DNA of 64,000 nt from an uncultured virus (IMG/VR IMGVR_UViG_3300031813_000014) (taxonomy: Duplodnaviria > Heunggongvirae > Uroviricota > Caudoviricetes), in the IMG/VR virus record IMGVR_UViG_3300031813_000014. One strand, given 5' to 3'. The translations under genes were made by a program, and so were the position numbers. A model generated the notes under the pieces. The model saw only the letters and a program-made list of their open reading frames with translations, was not told the origin of the DNA and did not search any database. Positions 30,391 to 38,750 of the stretch are shown here, piece after piece (the first letter of the stretch is position 1; each line of letters opens with the position of its first letter).

Positions 30391-30597
30391 TTACCATACC
30401 CTTAACATTAGACAGAGTATAAAGTATACCGCAAATAGTGTGCAAGCTATTTCGATAATATCTTTTACCTCGATCTCACGCTTTATACCTAGTAACGCAC
30501 TCTGTAACCAGTCTTGATCTGGACTGTAATAGACCTGCTTGGGCTCGTAGTACTTACCGATCTCAAGACCTGATCTGGTTTTATACACATTCTTCAT
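30391..30597 (-). CDS. Small membrane protein
   Basis: Probable start MKNVY. C-terminal hydrophobic helix. Confidence 0.55.
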   Translation of the reverse strand: MKNVYKTRSGLEIGKYYEPKQVYYSPDQDWLQSALLGIKREIEVKDIIEIACTLFAVYFILCLMLRVW

Positions 30598-31441
30598 CGT
30601 CACCCCCCAATGCAATTAAAAATGATGTGGCATTCATGCGATAGCCAACTGTGGATACAAAGTCATTGTCGCTAGCCAACTTCATAAAGCCGATCTTAGA
30701 TTTTATGTCTTGTGGTAAGTCATCATCGTTATACATACGTGCGCCTTTGTTAACATACTTGCAGAGATACCTACCATTGTCAATTACGACAATCACGTAG
30801 TGCTTAGCTTCGGCAATAGCATTCATCATGTTGTATTTCTCCATTAACTCACCTTGCTTATCTAGATGGAATTTACATTGTTGAAACATGTATGTATTAT
30901 TCTCTTTCAAAAAGTTCATAAACATACTGAATCCGTCAGTACCAACAGCCCAACTTCTTGCATGGTCATGCACAACTCTAGCTTCTGCGTTCGCATCGCT
31001 ACGATAGCGCCTGAGTGCTAAGTTTATTTCGTGTACTATTTTGTTGCTTGCAGTTTCTACACGTTCGTTGATAGTTGTAGGAAAGAAGTTCTTCTTAATT
31101 ACACTAACCGCTTTGTTGGCATCTTTTGTCGCATAGCCCGATCCATTTGATCTGCTAGCTCTAATACGTGGATTATCAACCTCAATTTTCCAGTCGCCAC
31201 GGGCGTATCGTCTTACGATAATACCAAGAGATTCGTTGGTAGAGTCAAAGAAAACTTCGACCGCTTGTATCTTTTGGTTGTACTCGCTCGCCATCTCAAA
31301 ACGCCACATTGGATATAGCTTTGCCACTTTCTCAACGACTTCGCCTAAGTCCGCATACATCTCTAAGTTCTCTTTGGTTGCAGTCGGCATATGCGCAAGT
31401 AGTTTCTTGCTTACGATCACATTGGGTAAATATTCAAACAT
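30581..31441 (-). CDS. Hypothetical early protein
   Basis: 286 aa, GAAAGGAAA RBS directly after a dyad. Confidence 0.75.
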   Translation of the reverse strand: MFEYLPNVIVSKKLLAHMPTATKENLEMYADLGEVVEKVAKLYPMWRFEMASEYNQKIQAVEVFFDSTNESLGIIVRRYARGDWKIEVDNPRIRASRSNGSGYATKDANKAVSVIKKNFFPTTINERVETASNKIVHEINLALRRYRSDANAEARVVHDHARSWAVGTDGFSMFMNFLKENNTYMFQQCKFHLDKQGELMEKYNMMNAIAEAKHYVIVVIDNGRYLCKYVNKGARMYNDDDLPQDIKSKIGFMKLASDNDFVSTVGYRMNATSFLIALGGDDEECV

Positions 31442-31454
31442 GTTGTTTCCTTTC

Positions 31455-31468
31455 CTGACATTTGTCAG
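31455..31468. repeat. 14-bp dyad, copy 2 (contains the TGA stop of the upstream gene)
   Basis: Exact copy. The 24-bp context 31446-31469 is identical to 32321-32344. Confidence 0.95.
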
Positions 31469-32316
31469 AAATCAAATTTGTTGAGGATTGCATCGACCTT
31501 CTTCTTGAGTTCTTCACGCTCGTATCCGCTATCTTTGATAGCCTCAACGTGCACACCCACCATGGTGCGCTCAAGCTCTTGCCTTGCCTGTTCTAACTTA
31601 GGATCATTGGTCACGTTCAGCTTAGTCAATAGCTCGCACAGTTCTACTGGGTTAGACACAAACGAATCGTGGAACCGCTTCTTCTCGTCGTCCCCATTGT
31701 CCTTTAGCTTTTCTGACATATCCGTAAGCACACGATGTAGCTTCTCCCATGGAGCCTTCATTGCATCGGCTAACCGTTCCTCAAACTTAGTCTCGTAGTC
31801 CCGCTTCAGATCTTCTAAATCATGCGACGGTATATCTAAGCGAAAGTCACCAGACTCGGGCAAGGGGTTGACGCTACGTCTGAACCCAAACTTATCTTTC
31901 ACCTCGTCAAGACTGGGGTAGTCACTCGCTTTGAACATAGAACCTAAGTGCATCGGTGCTTCAGCCACCAATCGGTCATAGTCGGCAAAGAAGTTCATGC
32001 ACATACTGTTGAACGTGGCTTCGTATGCTTTGATGTTAGTCAAGTATTCCATCACTAACTTAGTAGGCAGTAAGCGTTCGCCTTTGTCAGCCCAAGGTAG
32101 TGTGTGCTGATTGTGATACAAGCGTGCTCTCGCAGCGAACTTCTCGATTTCCTTGCGTGCACCAGTTCCTGCAAACAGATTCTTCTTGGTCTGCGATGCG
32201 TCTCTGCTTGCTGACGCATTGGCATTTACCTGTTCGGTAATATCCCTATCCACCTTCGTGGCGGGCCATACGCTGATATTCAACTCTACTAATAACGCTG
32301 ATTCACTAATACTCAT
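31465..32316 (-). CDS. DUF3150-like protein
   Basis: Probable start MSISE at 32316 after AAAGGA. TLPW...RLLP...F...Y...YPS..EV..KF pattern. Follows the VWA gene. Confidence 0.55.
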   Translation of the reverse strand: MSISESALLVELNISVWPATKVDRDITEQVNANASASRDASQTKKNLFAGTGARKEIEKFAARARLYHNQHTLPWADKGERLLPTKLVMEYLTNIKAYEATFNSMCMNFFADYDRLVAEAPMHLGSMFKASDYPSLDEVKDKFGFRRSVNPLPESGDFRLDIPSHDLEDLKRDYETKFEERLADAMKAPWEKLHRVLTDMSEKLKDNGDDEKKRFHDSFVSNPVELCELLTKLNVTNDPKLEQARQELERTMVGVHVEAIKDSGYEREELKKKVDAILNKFDF

Positions 32317-32329
32317 GATTTTTCCTTTC

Positions 32330-32343
32330 CTGACATTTGTCAG
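32330..32343. repeat. 14-bp dyad, copy 3
   Basis: Exact copy 1 bp beyond the VWA gene stop. Confidence 0.95.
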
Positions 32344-32344
32344 A

Positions 32345-33544
32345 TTAATTAAGATAAATTGTTTTGCCGTTGTCCGCAGTAGCGTGGTTGGCTTGTGTGA
32401 TTGCCCATATGGTTGGTGCAGTCCAGTCACTACCCCAGTCATCGCCCACATAACCATCGGTCAACATAATGACGCACTCGGGTACGATCTTCTGTTCGTT
32501 GAGATATGTGGATACGCAACTAGGTGAAGTCCCGCCCCCGCCAGCGGGCCTTGTTGATTCGATGATTGTGGATACTGTTGATTCATCATACGTCTCGTGC
32601 GATGCTACTTCGCTATCCCAATAGATTAGATCTACTGCGCTAGGATTAACCTCCTCGGCAATAGCTTTAACCTCAGATAAAAACTCAGCCAACTCATCGT
32701 TACCGATAGAGCCTGATGTGTCGATACCAATTACCAAGTGACCGACCTTCTGTCCAATCATGCTTGGCATGTACGTACCTGTGCCCAAGAACCTACGATT
32801 GACACGACGCCATGACGATGTGTCTTTGGCTTTGCATGTAGACTTAACGAACTCACGCAGTAGATCTCGCCAGTCCACTTTGGGTTGCATAAGATCCCCA
32901 AGCTCACGATCCATTCCACCTGCGCCACTACCCACATTCTTCTGATGTGCCATGAGTCCTTGGCGAATAGCTTGGTCAACCTCACGCTCAAGAACCTTCT
33001 TCTCCTCGTCGGTTAGATTCTTCGCACCTTCCCAGTCGTGAATGTCGAACCCTTCATCGTCACCACCCTCACCTTGCTCCTCCCTGAGTATGTCAAAGAC
33101 CTGCTTGGTGTTCATGCCTTTGAACCGCTCGTCGATAAGACCCATGAACTTACCCTTGTTCGGTCCGCTCTTGAAACGTGGCATAGCAATGACACTCGCA
33201 GTCGGATCCAGATCACAGAGCATCAGGTTAATAACGTAGTCACAAGCCGCATTGGTTAATGCTGGATCAATCTCATGCAACTTAGTCCACGTTGTTAAGT
33301 GTCGATACATTTTGTGTGCAGTCTCGTGAGCAATCACAAAACATAACTCAGCATCGGATAACTCTTTGACAAACTGCCTACCATAGATCTCGTCACGACC
33401 ATTGGTACATGCACTTGATACGTCATCACGTACGTGCGTACGACCAATCATCATCACGCCCTGCAATAAAGCAAACTTTGGGTTACGCATTAGTGCGATT
33501 TTGCACTTCTGCAACTTACGTTCTTCGTTCATAATTTCCTCCAT
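32345..33544 (-). CDS. DUF2201-type metallopeptidase + VWA domain protein
   Basis: ACTNG...HETAH (HExxH)...NAACDYVIN, then IDTSGS (MIDAS), GGGGT, LTDGY. Confidence 0.85.
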   Translation of the reverse strand: MEEIMNEERKLQKCKIALMRNPKFALLQGVMMIGRTHVRDDVSSACTNGRDEIYGRQFVKELSDAELCFVIAHETAHKMYRHLTTWTKLHEIDPALTNAACDYVINLMLCDLDPTASVIAMPRFKSGPNKGKFMGLIDERFKGMNTKQVFDILREEQGEGGDDEGFDIHDWEGAKNLTDEEKKVLEREVDQAIRQGLMAHQKNVGSGAGGMDRELGDLMQPKVDWRDLLREFVKSTCKAKDTSSWRRVNRRFLGTGTYMPSMIGQKVGHLVIGIDTSGSIGNDELAEFLSEVKAIAEEVNPSAVDLIYWDSEVASHETYDESTVSTIIESTRPAGGGGTSPSCVSTYLNEQKIVPECVIMLTDGYVGDDWGSDWTAPTIWAITQANHATADNGKTIYLN

Positions 33545-33767
33545 ACCAACTAATTTCTTCAGTTACTTCTTGTTTTGTGCGACCGTTTATCAGTAAGCAC
33601 ATGTTGAGGGCTTCGTCTTTCGTATCGTGAATTGATACTAATTTGCCTACTTGCCCCCAACCAGATTCGGTAACTACCACTTCGTACTTACCTGTAAAAT
33701 ACAAACCGTTCGATGTTTCATCAATGCCAGTCTGTCGTCTAACCCATGCAGTTCTTACTTCTGACAT
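33516..33767 (-). CDS. Hypothetical protein starting inside a dyad
   Basis: 83 aa. ATG lies in dyad copy 4. C-terminus resembles 33771-33998. Confidence 0.55.
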   Translation of the reverse strand: MSEVRTAWVRRQTGIDETSNGLYFTGKYEVVVTESGWGQVGKLVSIHDTKDEALNMCLLINGRTKQEVTEEISWYGGNYERRT

Positions 33768-33774
33768 TTGTCAG
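33761..33774. repeat. 14-bp dyad, copy 4 (contains both the upstream TGA and the downstream ATG)
   Basis: Minus strand C-TGA-CAA-ATG-TCA-G. Confidence 0.95.
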
Positions 33775-33998
33775 GATCCTGAGTCAATAAGTAACCTAAC
33801 CATATTTGCTAACTCCTCTTTGGTTTTGAATTTGGCTATCGTCTCGGGCTTAACGCTACCCGAGTCTTGGTGTGGTACACGCACAAGCAAATACTCATCG
33901 CCAACTATACCCACGGAGTAACCCGCTCTGTATAGCTCCATTAAGTATGGTGTTTGTGTTATCCAACCATCTATAGAGTAATCAAATAATTCTGACAT
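33771..33998 (-). CDS. Hypothetical protein bounded by two dyads
   Basis: 75 aa. ATG in copy 5, TGA in copy 4. Confidence 0.55.
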   Translation of the reverse strand: MSELFDYSIDGWITQTPYLMELYRAGYSVGIVGDEYLLVRVPHQDSGSVKPETIAKFKTKEELANMVRLLIDSGS

Positions 33999-34005
33999 TT
34001 GTCAG
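33992..34005. repeat. 14-bp dyad, copy 5
   Basis: Exact copy 2 bp beyond the AAA gene stop. Confidence 0.95.
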
Positions 34006-34007
34006 CT

Positions 34008-35072
34008 TTACAGTAAGTCTTGATTCTTAGCAACCCAATCAGCGAACGCTTTGCATGAGAACGCAATGCTCTGCTTAATTGGAGTCTTCGCAATGTTGAT
34101 AGCGAACACGGCTTGCCACTCGGCATCGAACCGCTCTAAGTAGTCCATGAATGGAGTAATGGTGTTTTTGTCCACTCTACTGATAGCAGAGAACACAGTA
34201 ATCGCACAAGCCCCAGGTGATGTGGGAACCTTTGTGACTGTTGGCGTAGCTATAACTTGCTCCCATGTTGGCAGTTGATCTGCGAACTCGATATACGCTT
34301 GCATATCACGAGCACCAGCTTCACCGATTGCACCTGACAATGCAGATATAACAGAGTCGGCATCATTTTCTCTGCGAGACTTCACGATATTCGAAGCAGT
34401 CTCAAGTGAACGTGGAGATACAAATGCTCCAGTTGTTTTCTTGGGGTTATAGATGTAGGGGTTATCATTTTGTCCACCATCGGTATACGATGCTAGAACC
34501 TGTGGGAACCGAGACACCCATGCACACACCTCGGGCTCGATGCCTTTGTTGATAGCCCATGATAACCACTCGTCAGCAGTTGGTTTGGATATTTGAATAG
34601 GCACAAGACGGTTTCTGCTGTGCGCTTTCATCGTGTCCCCTACTCCGTCAGAGCTAAGGTTACCAGTCAGAAACACAATACAGTCTTTATGCAATGACAC
34701 ATCACCGCATCGTGGGTTAGCCTTCTCAAGCATTGGGTGTAGCATATTCTTTACTGGGTCAGCACCCTTGGTAAACTCGTCGAGCATAATTACCAATGGT
34801 TTGCCCTCATGCAACTTGAACCTAGCATTAGGATAGTACCTAGTAGTCTTGGTATCGTGGTCAATGACTGGCATCGCAATGTCGCCTAAGTCCATGTTGG
34901 GTACGTCAATGTATGCGTACTCATATCCAAGCCCCTCGGCAACGTCTTTGAGCAATGAACTCTTACCGATACCTGGCTCGCCTAATAGACAGAATCGAGT
35001 CTCAGGATTGGTGCGAATCAATGTGGCTGCTTGCTTAAGGGTAACTGTTTTACCGAATCTAACTTCTGACAT
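34008..35072 (-). CDS. AAA+ ATPase (MoxR/CbbQ/dynein-related clade)
   Basis: GEPGIGKS, IMLDEF, TGN sensor, SPRS. Probable start MSEVRF at 35072 after GAGGAG. Confidence 0.85.
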   Translation of the reverse strand: MSEVRFGKTVTLKQAATLIRTNPETRFCLLGEPGIGKSSLLKDVAEGLGYEYAYIDVPNMDLGDIAMPVIDHDTKTTRYYPNARFKLHEGKPLVIMLDEFTKGADPVKNMLHPMLEKANPRCGDVSLHKDCIVFLTGNLSSDGVGDTMKAHSRNRLVPIQISKPTADEWLSWAINKGIEPEVCAWVSRFPQVLASYTDGGQNDNPYIYNPKKTTGAFVSPRSLETASNIVKSRRENDADSVISALSGAIGEAGARDMQAYIEFADQLPTWEQVIATPTVTKVPTSPGACAITVFSAISRVDKNTITPFMDYLERFDAEWQAVFAINIAKTPIKQSIAFSCKAFADWVAKNQDLL

Positions 35073-35093
35073 TTCTAACTCCTCTAATAAAAT

Positions 35094-35107
35094 CTGACAT
35101 TTGTCAG
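35094..35107. repeat. 14-bp dyad, copy 6
   Basis: Exact copy. The 33-bp context 35075-35107 is identical to 37146-37178. Confidence 0.95.
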
Positions 35108-35145
35108 GAAAAATATATAGCAGACGAATTTCTACTATATATAAC

Positions 35146-35174
35146 ATTGTAACACAGTATAATAACTATGTCAA
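35146..35174 (-). promoter_or_regulatory. Early sigma70 promoter P3 (TTGACA-17-TACAAT, TG extended -10)
   Basis: Minus strand TTGACA TAGTTATTATACTGTGT TACAAT. Confidence 0.85.
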
Positions 35175-35184
35175 GCATTTTGGC

Positions 35185-36147
35185 TCATTCTTGGGGCAAC
35201 CAACCGTCGTACCTGTTGTGTGGGAGTTTGCCAATCGGCAACTTAACCCATTCGAGGCATTCTTTACGATAGTGGTAGTAAATAGGCTCAGTCACTATTG
35301 ATTTGAGTCTAGCCACAGTCACGTTGAACGATGTCAATTCTCTGCGTATCGCATGATTAAGTGAAGTAATTGCTAACTGCAACATGGCTTCGTGATACTT
35401 AGAAGTGTCACCGCTCTCCAATAACTCCATGAATCTGAACGTATGCAGTTCTCGATCCGCACCACCCAATAGATATTTGCAATGGCTACGATCTAAGTGA
35501 AAATATGCGTTACCTGCTGATGATGGTGATAAGTCAAAGTAATCTTTTAGTTCATCATAGTAAAATGTAACAATCTCTTGGTCCACTTGCCTTGCATAGT
35601 ACTGATGGCTTGAATGTGTAAGTGTGTGCTTGCGCAACTTAATCATATTTCTGACATATGTCAGAAACGGAGCATAACGCTTACGCAAATCACGAGCTAC
35701 GTCCTTCTTCAGTACCAAGTCAATCACGGCCTTTGGGTCAATCACGCTCAGCCGATCTTTGCTCAACACGTTCTCCTCAACCTTCAGATTGACCTCGTGC
35801 TTGTAGATGTACTTATTGCCGTTGGGCAATTGAATGACGTTGTTAAAATCCTCCTGATACGCACGCAGAGCCAAAACCTGTTCAAAGAGCTGATTACAGT
35901 TCGCACTATCGTAGTACATATTGAGCTTGATGGTGTTGTCGGGTCTAAACGTAATGACTGGGCGACGATAGTGCACTATCTGTACGTTTTCGCCTTCCAT
36001 GCGAATGTTGTATGCGTCGGCATCTCTGCGATTACCGAGTGGGCGCATGTCAGGTCTACCTCGTAAGGGCTTGATAACACTGTGGAAATGCAATGCTTCC
36101 GAATAGTTCCGTATAAACGGACACGCTTGTACTGTTCTATATCCCAT
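35185..36147 (-). CDS. Hypothetical early protein
   Basis: 320 aa, GAGGA RBS. Confidence 0.75.
   Translation of the reverse strand: MGYRTVQACPFIRNYSEALHFHSVIKPLRGRPDMRPLGNRRDADAYNIRMEGENVQIVHYRRPVITFRPDNTIKLNMYYDSANCNQLFEQVLALRAYQEDFNNVIQLPNGNKYIYKHEVNLKVEENVLSKDRLSVIDPKAVIDLVLKKDVARDLRKRYAPFLTYVRNMIKLRKHTLTHSSHQYYARQVDQEIVTFYYDELKDYFDLSPSSAGNAYFHLDRSHCKYLLGGADRELHTFRFMELLESGDTSKYHEAMLQLAITSLNHAIRRELTSFNVTVARLKSIVTEPIYYHYRKECLEWVKLPIGKLPHNRYDGWLPQE
35648..35667. repeat. Dyad variant, copy 7 (perfect 20-bp palindrome TTTCTGACATATGTCAGAAA), intragenic
   Basis: Core CTGACATATGTCAG at 35651-35664. Confidence 0.85.
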
Positions 36148-36148
36148 G

Positions 36149-36349
36149 TTAAATATCCTCTGTTATAGCTTGCGCTAGTCTTTGTGTTAATAAACTACGA
36201 ACCTTTTTGATGGCTTGCATCGGATCTGACGCATAAACGTGCATCTCACGAAAACTCGATTCAGTTTCCCATTGCACAATATGTAGAACCTCGCCCTCTT
36301 TGCCCATGTCGCTCTTGTTAGCGACTCGTGCGTAAAACTGTGTCATCAT
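36149..36349 (-). CDS. Hypothetical protein
   Basis: Probable start MMTQF at 36349 after GGAGG, not the longer ORF-track start. Confidence 0.6.
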   Translation of the reverse strand: MMTQFYARVANKSDMGKEGEVLHIVQWETESSFREMHVYASDPMQAIKKVRSLLTQRLAQAITEDI

Positions 36350-36441
36350 GTCCTCCAAATAAATACATCTAATAGCACCACGATAATGGCAACTAAGAAA
36401 ACAATGCGCATGATGCGCTCCTCGTGCGTGAATAAACTCAT
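36346..36441 (-). CDS. 31-aa membrane peptide
   Basis: Below cutoff. MSLFTHEERIMRIVFLVAIIVVLLDVFIWRT*, GAGGAGG RBS, ATGA overlaps. Confidence 0.6.
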   Translation of the reverse strand: MSLFTHEERIMRIVFLVAIIVVLLDVFIWRT

Positions 36442-36617
36442 AACTGAACCTCCTCGTGTTTAATGACAATGTTAACTTCCATGTTCTTGATCTTGGTCAA
36501 GTCGTCACGGGTCAACGTCTTCTGACCTAGCATGTCGGCAAATTGATGAGCCAATTTGCACTCAGGATAAAAAACCGTTTTGCCGTATGTGTTCTTAACT
36601 CTTACTGTAATGTCCAT
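36438..36617 (-). CDS. Hypothetical protein (59 aa)
   Basis: Below cutoff. MDITVRVKNTYGKTVFYPECKLAHQFADMLGQKTLT..., AAAGGA RBS. Confidence 0.7.
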   Translation of the reverse strand: MDITVRVKNTYGKTVFYPECKLAHQFADMLGQKTLTRDDLTKIKNMEVNIVIKHEEVQL

Positions 36618-36645
36618 GTTGTTCCTTTACTGATGTTATGCTTTC

Positions 36646-36659
36646 CTGACATTTGTCAG
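36646..36659. repeat. 14-bp dyad, copy 8
   Basis: Exact intergenic copy. Confidence 0.95.
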
Positions 36660-36666
36660 ATTTTTG

Positions 36667-36918
36667 TTAATCATTCTCTGCACCGATATAGCACCCTGCA
36701 AAGTAGTGCGTATGTCCGAACGCTCTAATCACGCCAATCGGCATTCTTCTGTTGAGTTTTCTAGAACTCCGCTCAAGTTCAAGTTCGTACTTGTATGCAG
36801 ATACAGAACGTCGTTTCAAGTCACGCTTGTATGGCTTTAATGCTTTGACCAAGTACTTATGGGGTATTTGTGCCTGACCTAGCAATGGTTGTGTTGAGGT
36901 AAATTTAAAATGTGCCAT
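36667..36918 (-). CDS. Hypothetical basic protein
   Basis: 83 aa, co-oriented, fills the gap. Confidence 0.5.
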   Translation of the reverse strand: MAHFKFTSTQPLLGQAQIPHKYLVKALKPYKRDLKRRSVSAYKYELELERSSRKLNRRMPIGVIRAFGHTHYFAGCYIGAEND

Positions 36919-36922
36919 GATG

Positions 36923-37141
36923 TTAAATCTTTTTGGGGTTAATCTGTTTCACAGTTGTAGGTGCTTGCGTAGATGTAACAAACATGTAGCCACCTTTGTT
37001 GTACTCTTGGACTATCGTCCATGATGCACGTTCGGCACGAGCGTGGTCTTCACCACAAAATAAGCAATGACGATAACCTAATGACCATCGTTCTATGTGT
37101 ATGTCGTCACCGCAAGTGTGACATTCTTTCCAGTTGTCCAT
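36923..37141 (-). CDS. C4 zinc-finger protein (DksA/TraR-like finger)
   Basis: CHTCGDDIHIER...CLFC. Probable start MDNWK at 37141 after GAGGAG. Confidence 0.6.
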   Translation of the reverse strand: MDNWKECHTCGDDIHIERWSLGYRHCLFCGEDHARAERASWTIVQEYNKGGYMFVTSTQAPTTVKQINPKKI

Positions 37142-37164
37142 GGTACTAACTCCTCTAATAAAAT

Positions 37165-37178
37165 CTGACATTTGTCAG
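37165..37178. repeat. 14-bp dyad, copy 9
   Basis: Exact copy. Confidence 0.95.
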
Positions 37179-37226
37179 AAAAACTAACTGCTCTGATTAT
37201 GATGGGTGATCTCCCACCATCTATAT

Positions 37227-37255
37227 AGTATAACACAATGTTATAGTTATGTCAA
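37227..37255 (-). promoter_or_regulatory. Early sigma70 promoter P2 (TTGACA-17-TATACT)
   Basis: Minus strand TTGACA TAACTATAACATTGTGT TATACT. Confidence 0.85.
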
Positions 37256-37379
37256 GTGTTTTGAGCCGTTTTTGGCGCAACACGATGTTACGCATATGCA
37301 ATGTGAGCGTAGGGCTAAATCACGGAACTGGTTCAGGTTGTTACAAAATGAATAGGGTCGATGTGATAATGTTATGTAA

Positions 37380-37680
37380 CATTAGGGTAAAACGTAACGC
37401 AAAACGTAACGCCGTAAGTTGTTGATTTGTAAGGTGAAAATATGTGTTTAGGTATGTAATGTAATAAAGTTATAAAAAATAGAAAATAGAGAAAACGGCG
37501 CCAAAATTAAGTTATGCAGATTTGCTCCGCACTTGCCGAGAAGGTCGAGCGATTACCCGCTTATTCAATTTCAAAAAAAAACGTAACATATAACATTGCT
37601 TTAAAATCAACAACTTAGCAAAAACAAAACGTAACAAAGCCCTAAAAAACGTAACAAAGCATGAGCTAAAACATAACATG
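37380..37680. repeat. Iteron-like AAAACGTAAC repeats with two inverted IHF-consensus sites (putative origin)
   Basis: AAAACGTAAC at 37389, 37401, 37578, 37626 and 37646, variant at 37668. TAAGTTGTTGATT at 37415-37427 and AATCAACAACTTA at 37605-37617. Confidence 0.65.
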
Positions 37681-37785
37681 CGGTAAGGCCAAGCCCGAGC
37701 GCTGGCTTGGGAACTGGTGCAACATAGTAAACCGAGTCACCATGTAAATCAATAGCACAAAGAATGACGATGTTACAGAAACGAC

Positions 37786-37806
37786 AAAAGCCCACCGAAG
37801 TGGGCT
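37786..37806 (-). terminator. Putative terminator hairpin
   Basis: Minus strand AGCCCAC-TTCG-GTGGGCT-TTT. Same stem as the 28741 terminator, short U-tract. Confidence 0.65.
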
Positions 37807-37829
37807 AAATGTAACAGAATAAATTTTAG

Positions 37830-38096
37830 TTAAACTCGATTCGCAATTTGCGCTCGATTGTGCAGGTTTCTATCAAAACGCAAATCGTCAGCGAATGCAA
37901 TCCAAAACGACGTGACGTAACTGTAAGGCAAACCATGGATTTTGAAAAACTGAGCCACCTTTGCACGATATGGATTAGTTCTTGTATTACCTTGCAAACC
38001 TTCAGACTTTGTTGCGCTCATTCTAATGTCATCAAGCAGTGCTTGAATCATTCTATCCTGAGCATTACGCTCTGCTATATTTACTCTGTTACGCAT
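37830..38096 (-). CDS. Hypothetical early protein
   Basis: 88 aa, AAAGGGG RBS after a dyad. Confidence 0.6.
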   Translation of the reverse strand: MRNRVNIAERNAQDRMIQALLDDIRMSATKSEGLQGNTRTNPYRAKVAQFFKIHGLPYSYVTSFWIAFADDLRFDRNLHNRAQIANRV

Positions 38097-38111
38097 AGTT
38101 TCCCCTTTGAA

Positions 38112-38139
38112 CTAGAATCTGACATTTGTCAGATTCTAG
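38112..38139. repeat. 14-bp dyad, copy 10, extended to 13-bp arms
   Basis: CTAGAATCTGACA-TT-TGTCAGATTCTAG, core at 38119-38132. Confidence 0.95.
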
Positions 38140-38150
38140 AGAGTGGTTAA

Positions 38151-38711
38151 TTAGTCCTTGTATACGTCAGCCAATGAACCAAAACATACAAACGCATTCT
38201 CTAAAGCTTCCAAAGCTTTGAGTGACTTAGGCATATACTCTTTGCCCTGTTCGGCTTTCTGTATGCGACGTAATATCGTAGCTAGCTCTTTCATTGTCAC
38301 GGTATCGCAAGATTTATCGGCTTCGCTAGAATCAGACTCTGACTTTTCTTTGCCCGCCTGTTCTTGTATCCTTTGCCATACTTTGTAAGCATTATTAGCA
38401 GTTAAACCCGATTCATCTTGCAAACGTCTTTGTAATATTTTCTTGTACTCTGCGACACCTTTGCCAAGATTACCAGTCAAAGCAAACCAAGCTTTAAACA
38501 CTTTCCCATTTTCAATGCCTGCCTTGTAATCCTCGATTGTCTTAAACTCAGCACGATTAGCGCCCTCAGTTAACATAGTGAAACGATGGTGCATGGATAG
38601 CGCCACGTTACGCTGTAACTCGCCAGTCTTACCAAACGCTTTAACTAACTCATTGGTATCTTTCTCAAGCATACCGTCGTTAATTGACGATGTTGTATTT
38701 TCTACTTGCAT
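38151..38711 (-). CDS. First early gene, hypothetical
   Basis: 186 aa, GAGGA RBS, downstream of P1. Confidence 0.7.
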   Translation of the reverse strand: MQVENTTSSINDGMLEKDTNELVKAFGKTGELQRNVALSMHHRFTMLTEGANRAEFKTIEDYKAGIENGKVFKAWFALTGNLGKGVAEYKKILQRRLQDESGLTANNAYKVWQRIQEQAGKEKSESDSSEADKSCDTVTMKELATILRRIQKAEQGKEYMPKSLKALEALENAFVCFGSLADVYKD

Positions 38712-38750
38712 TTTCTAATCCTCTAATGTTGATTAACTTACTTTGTAAAT

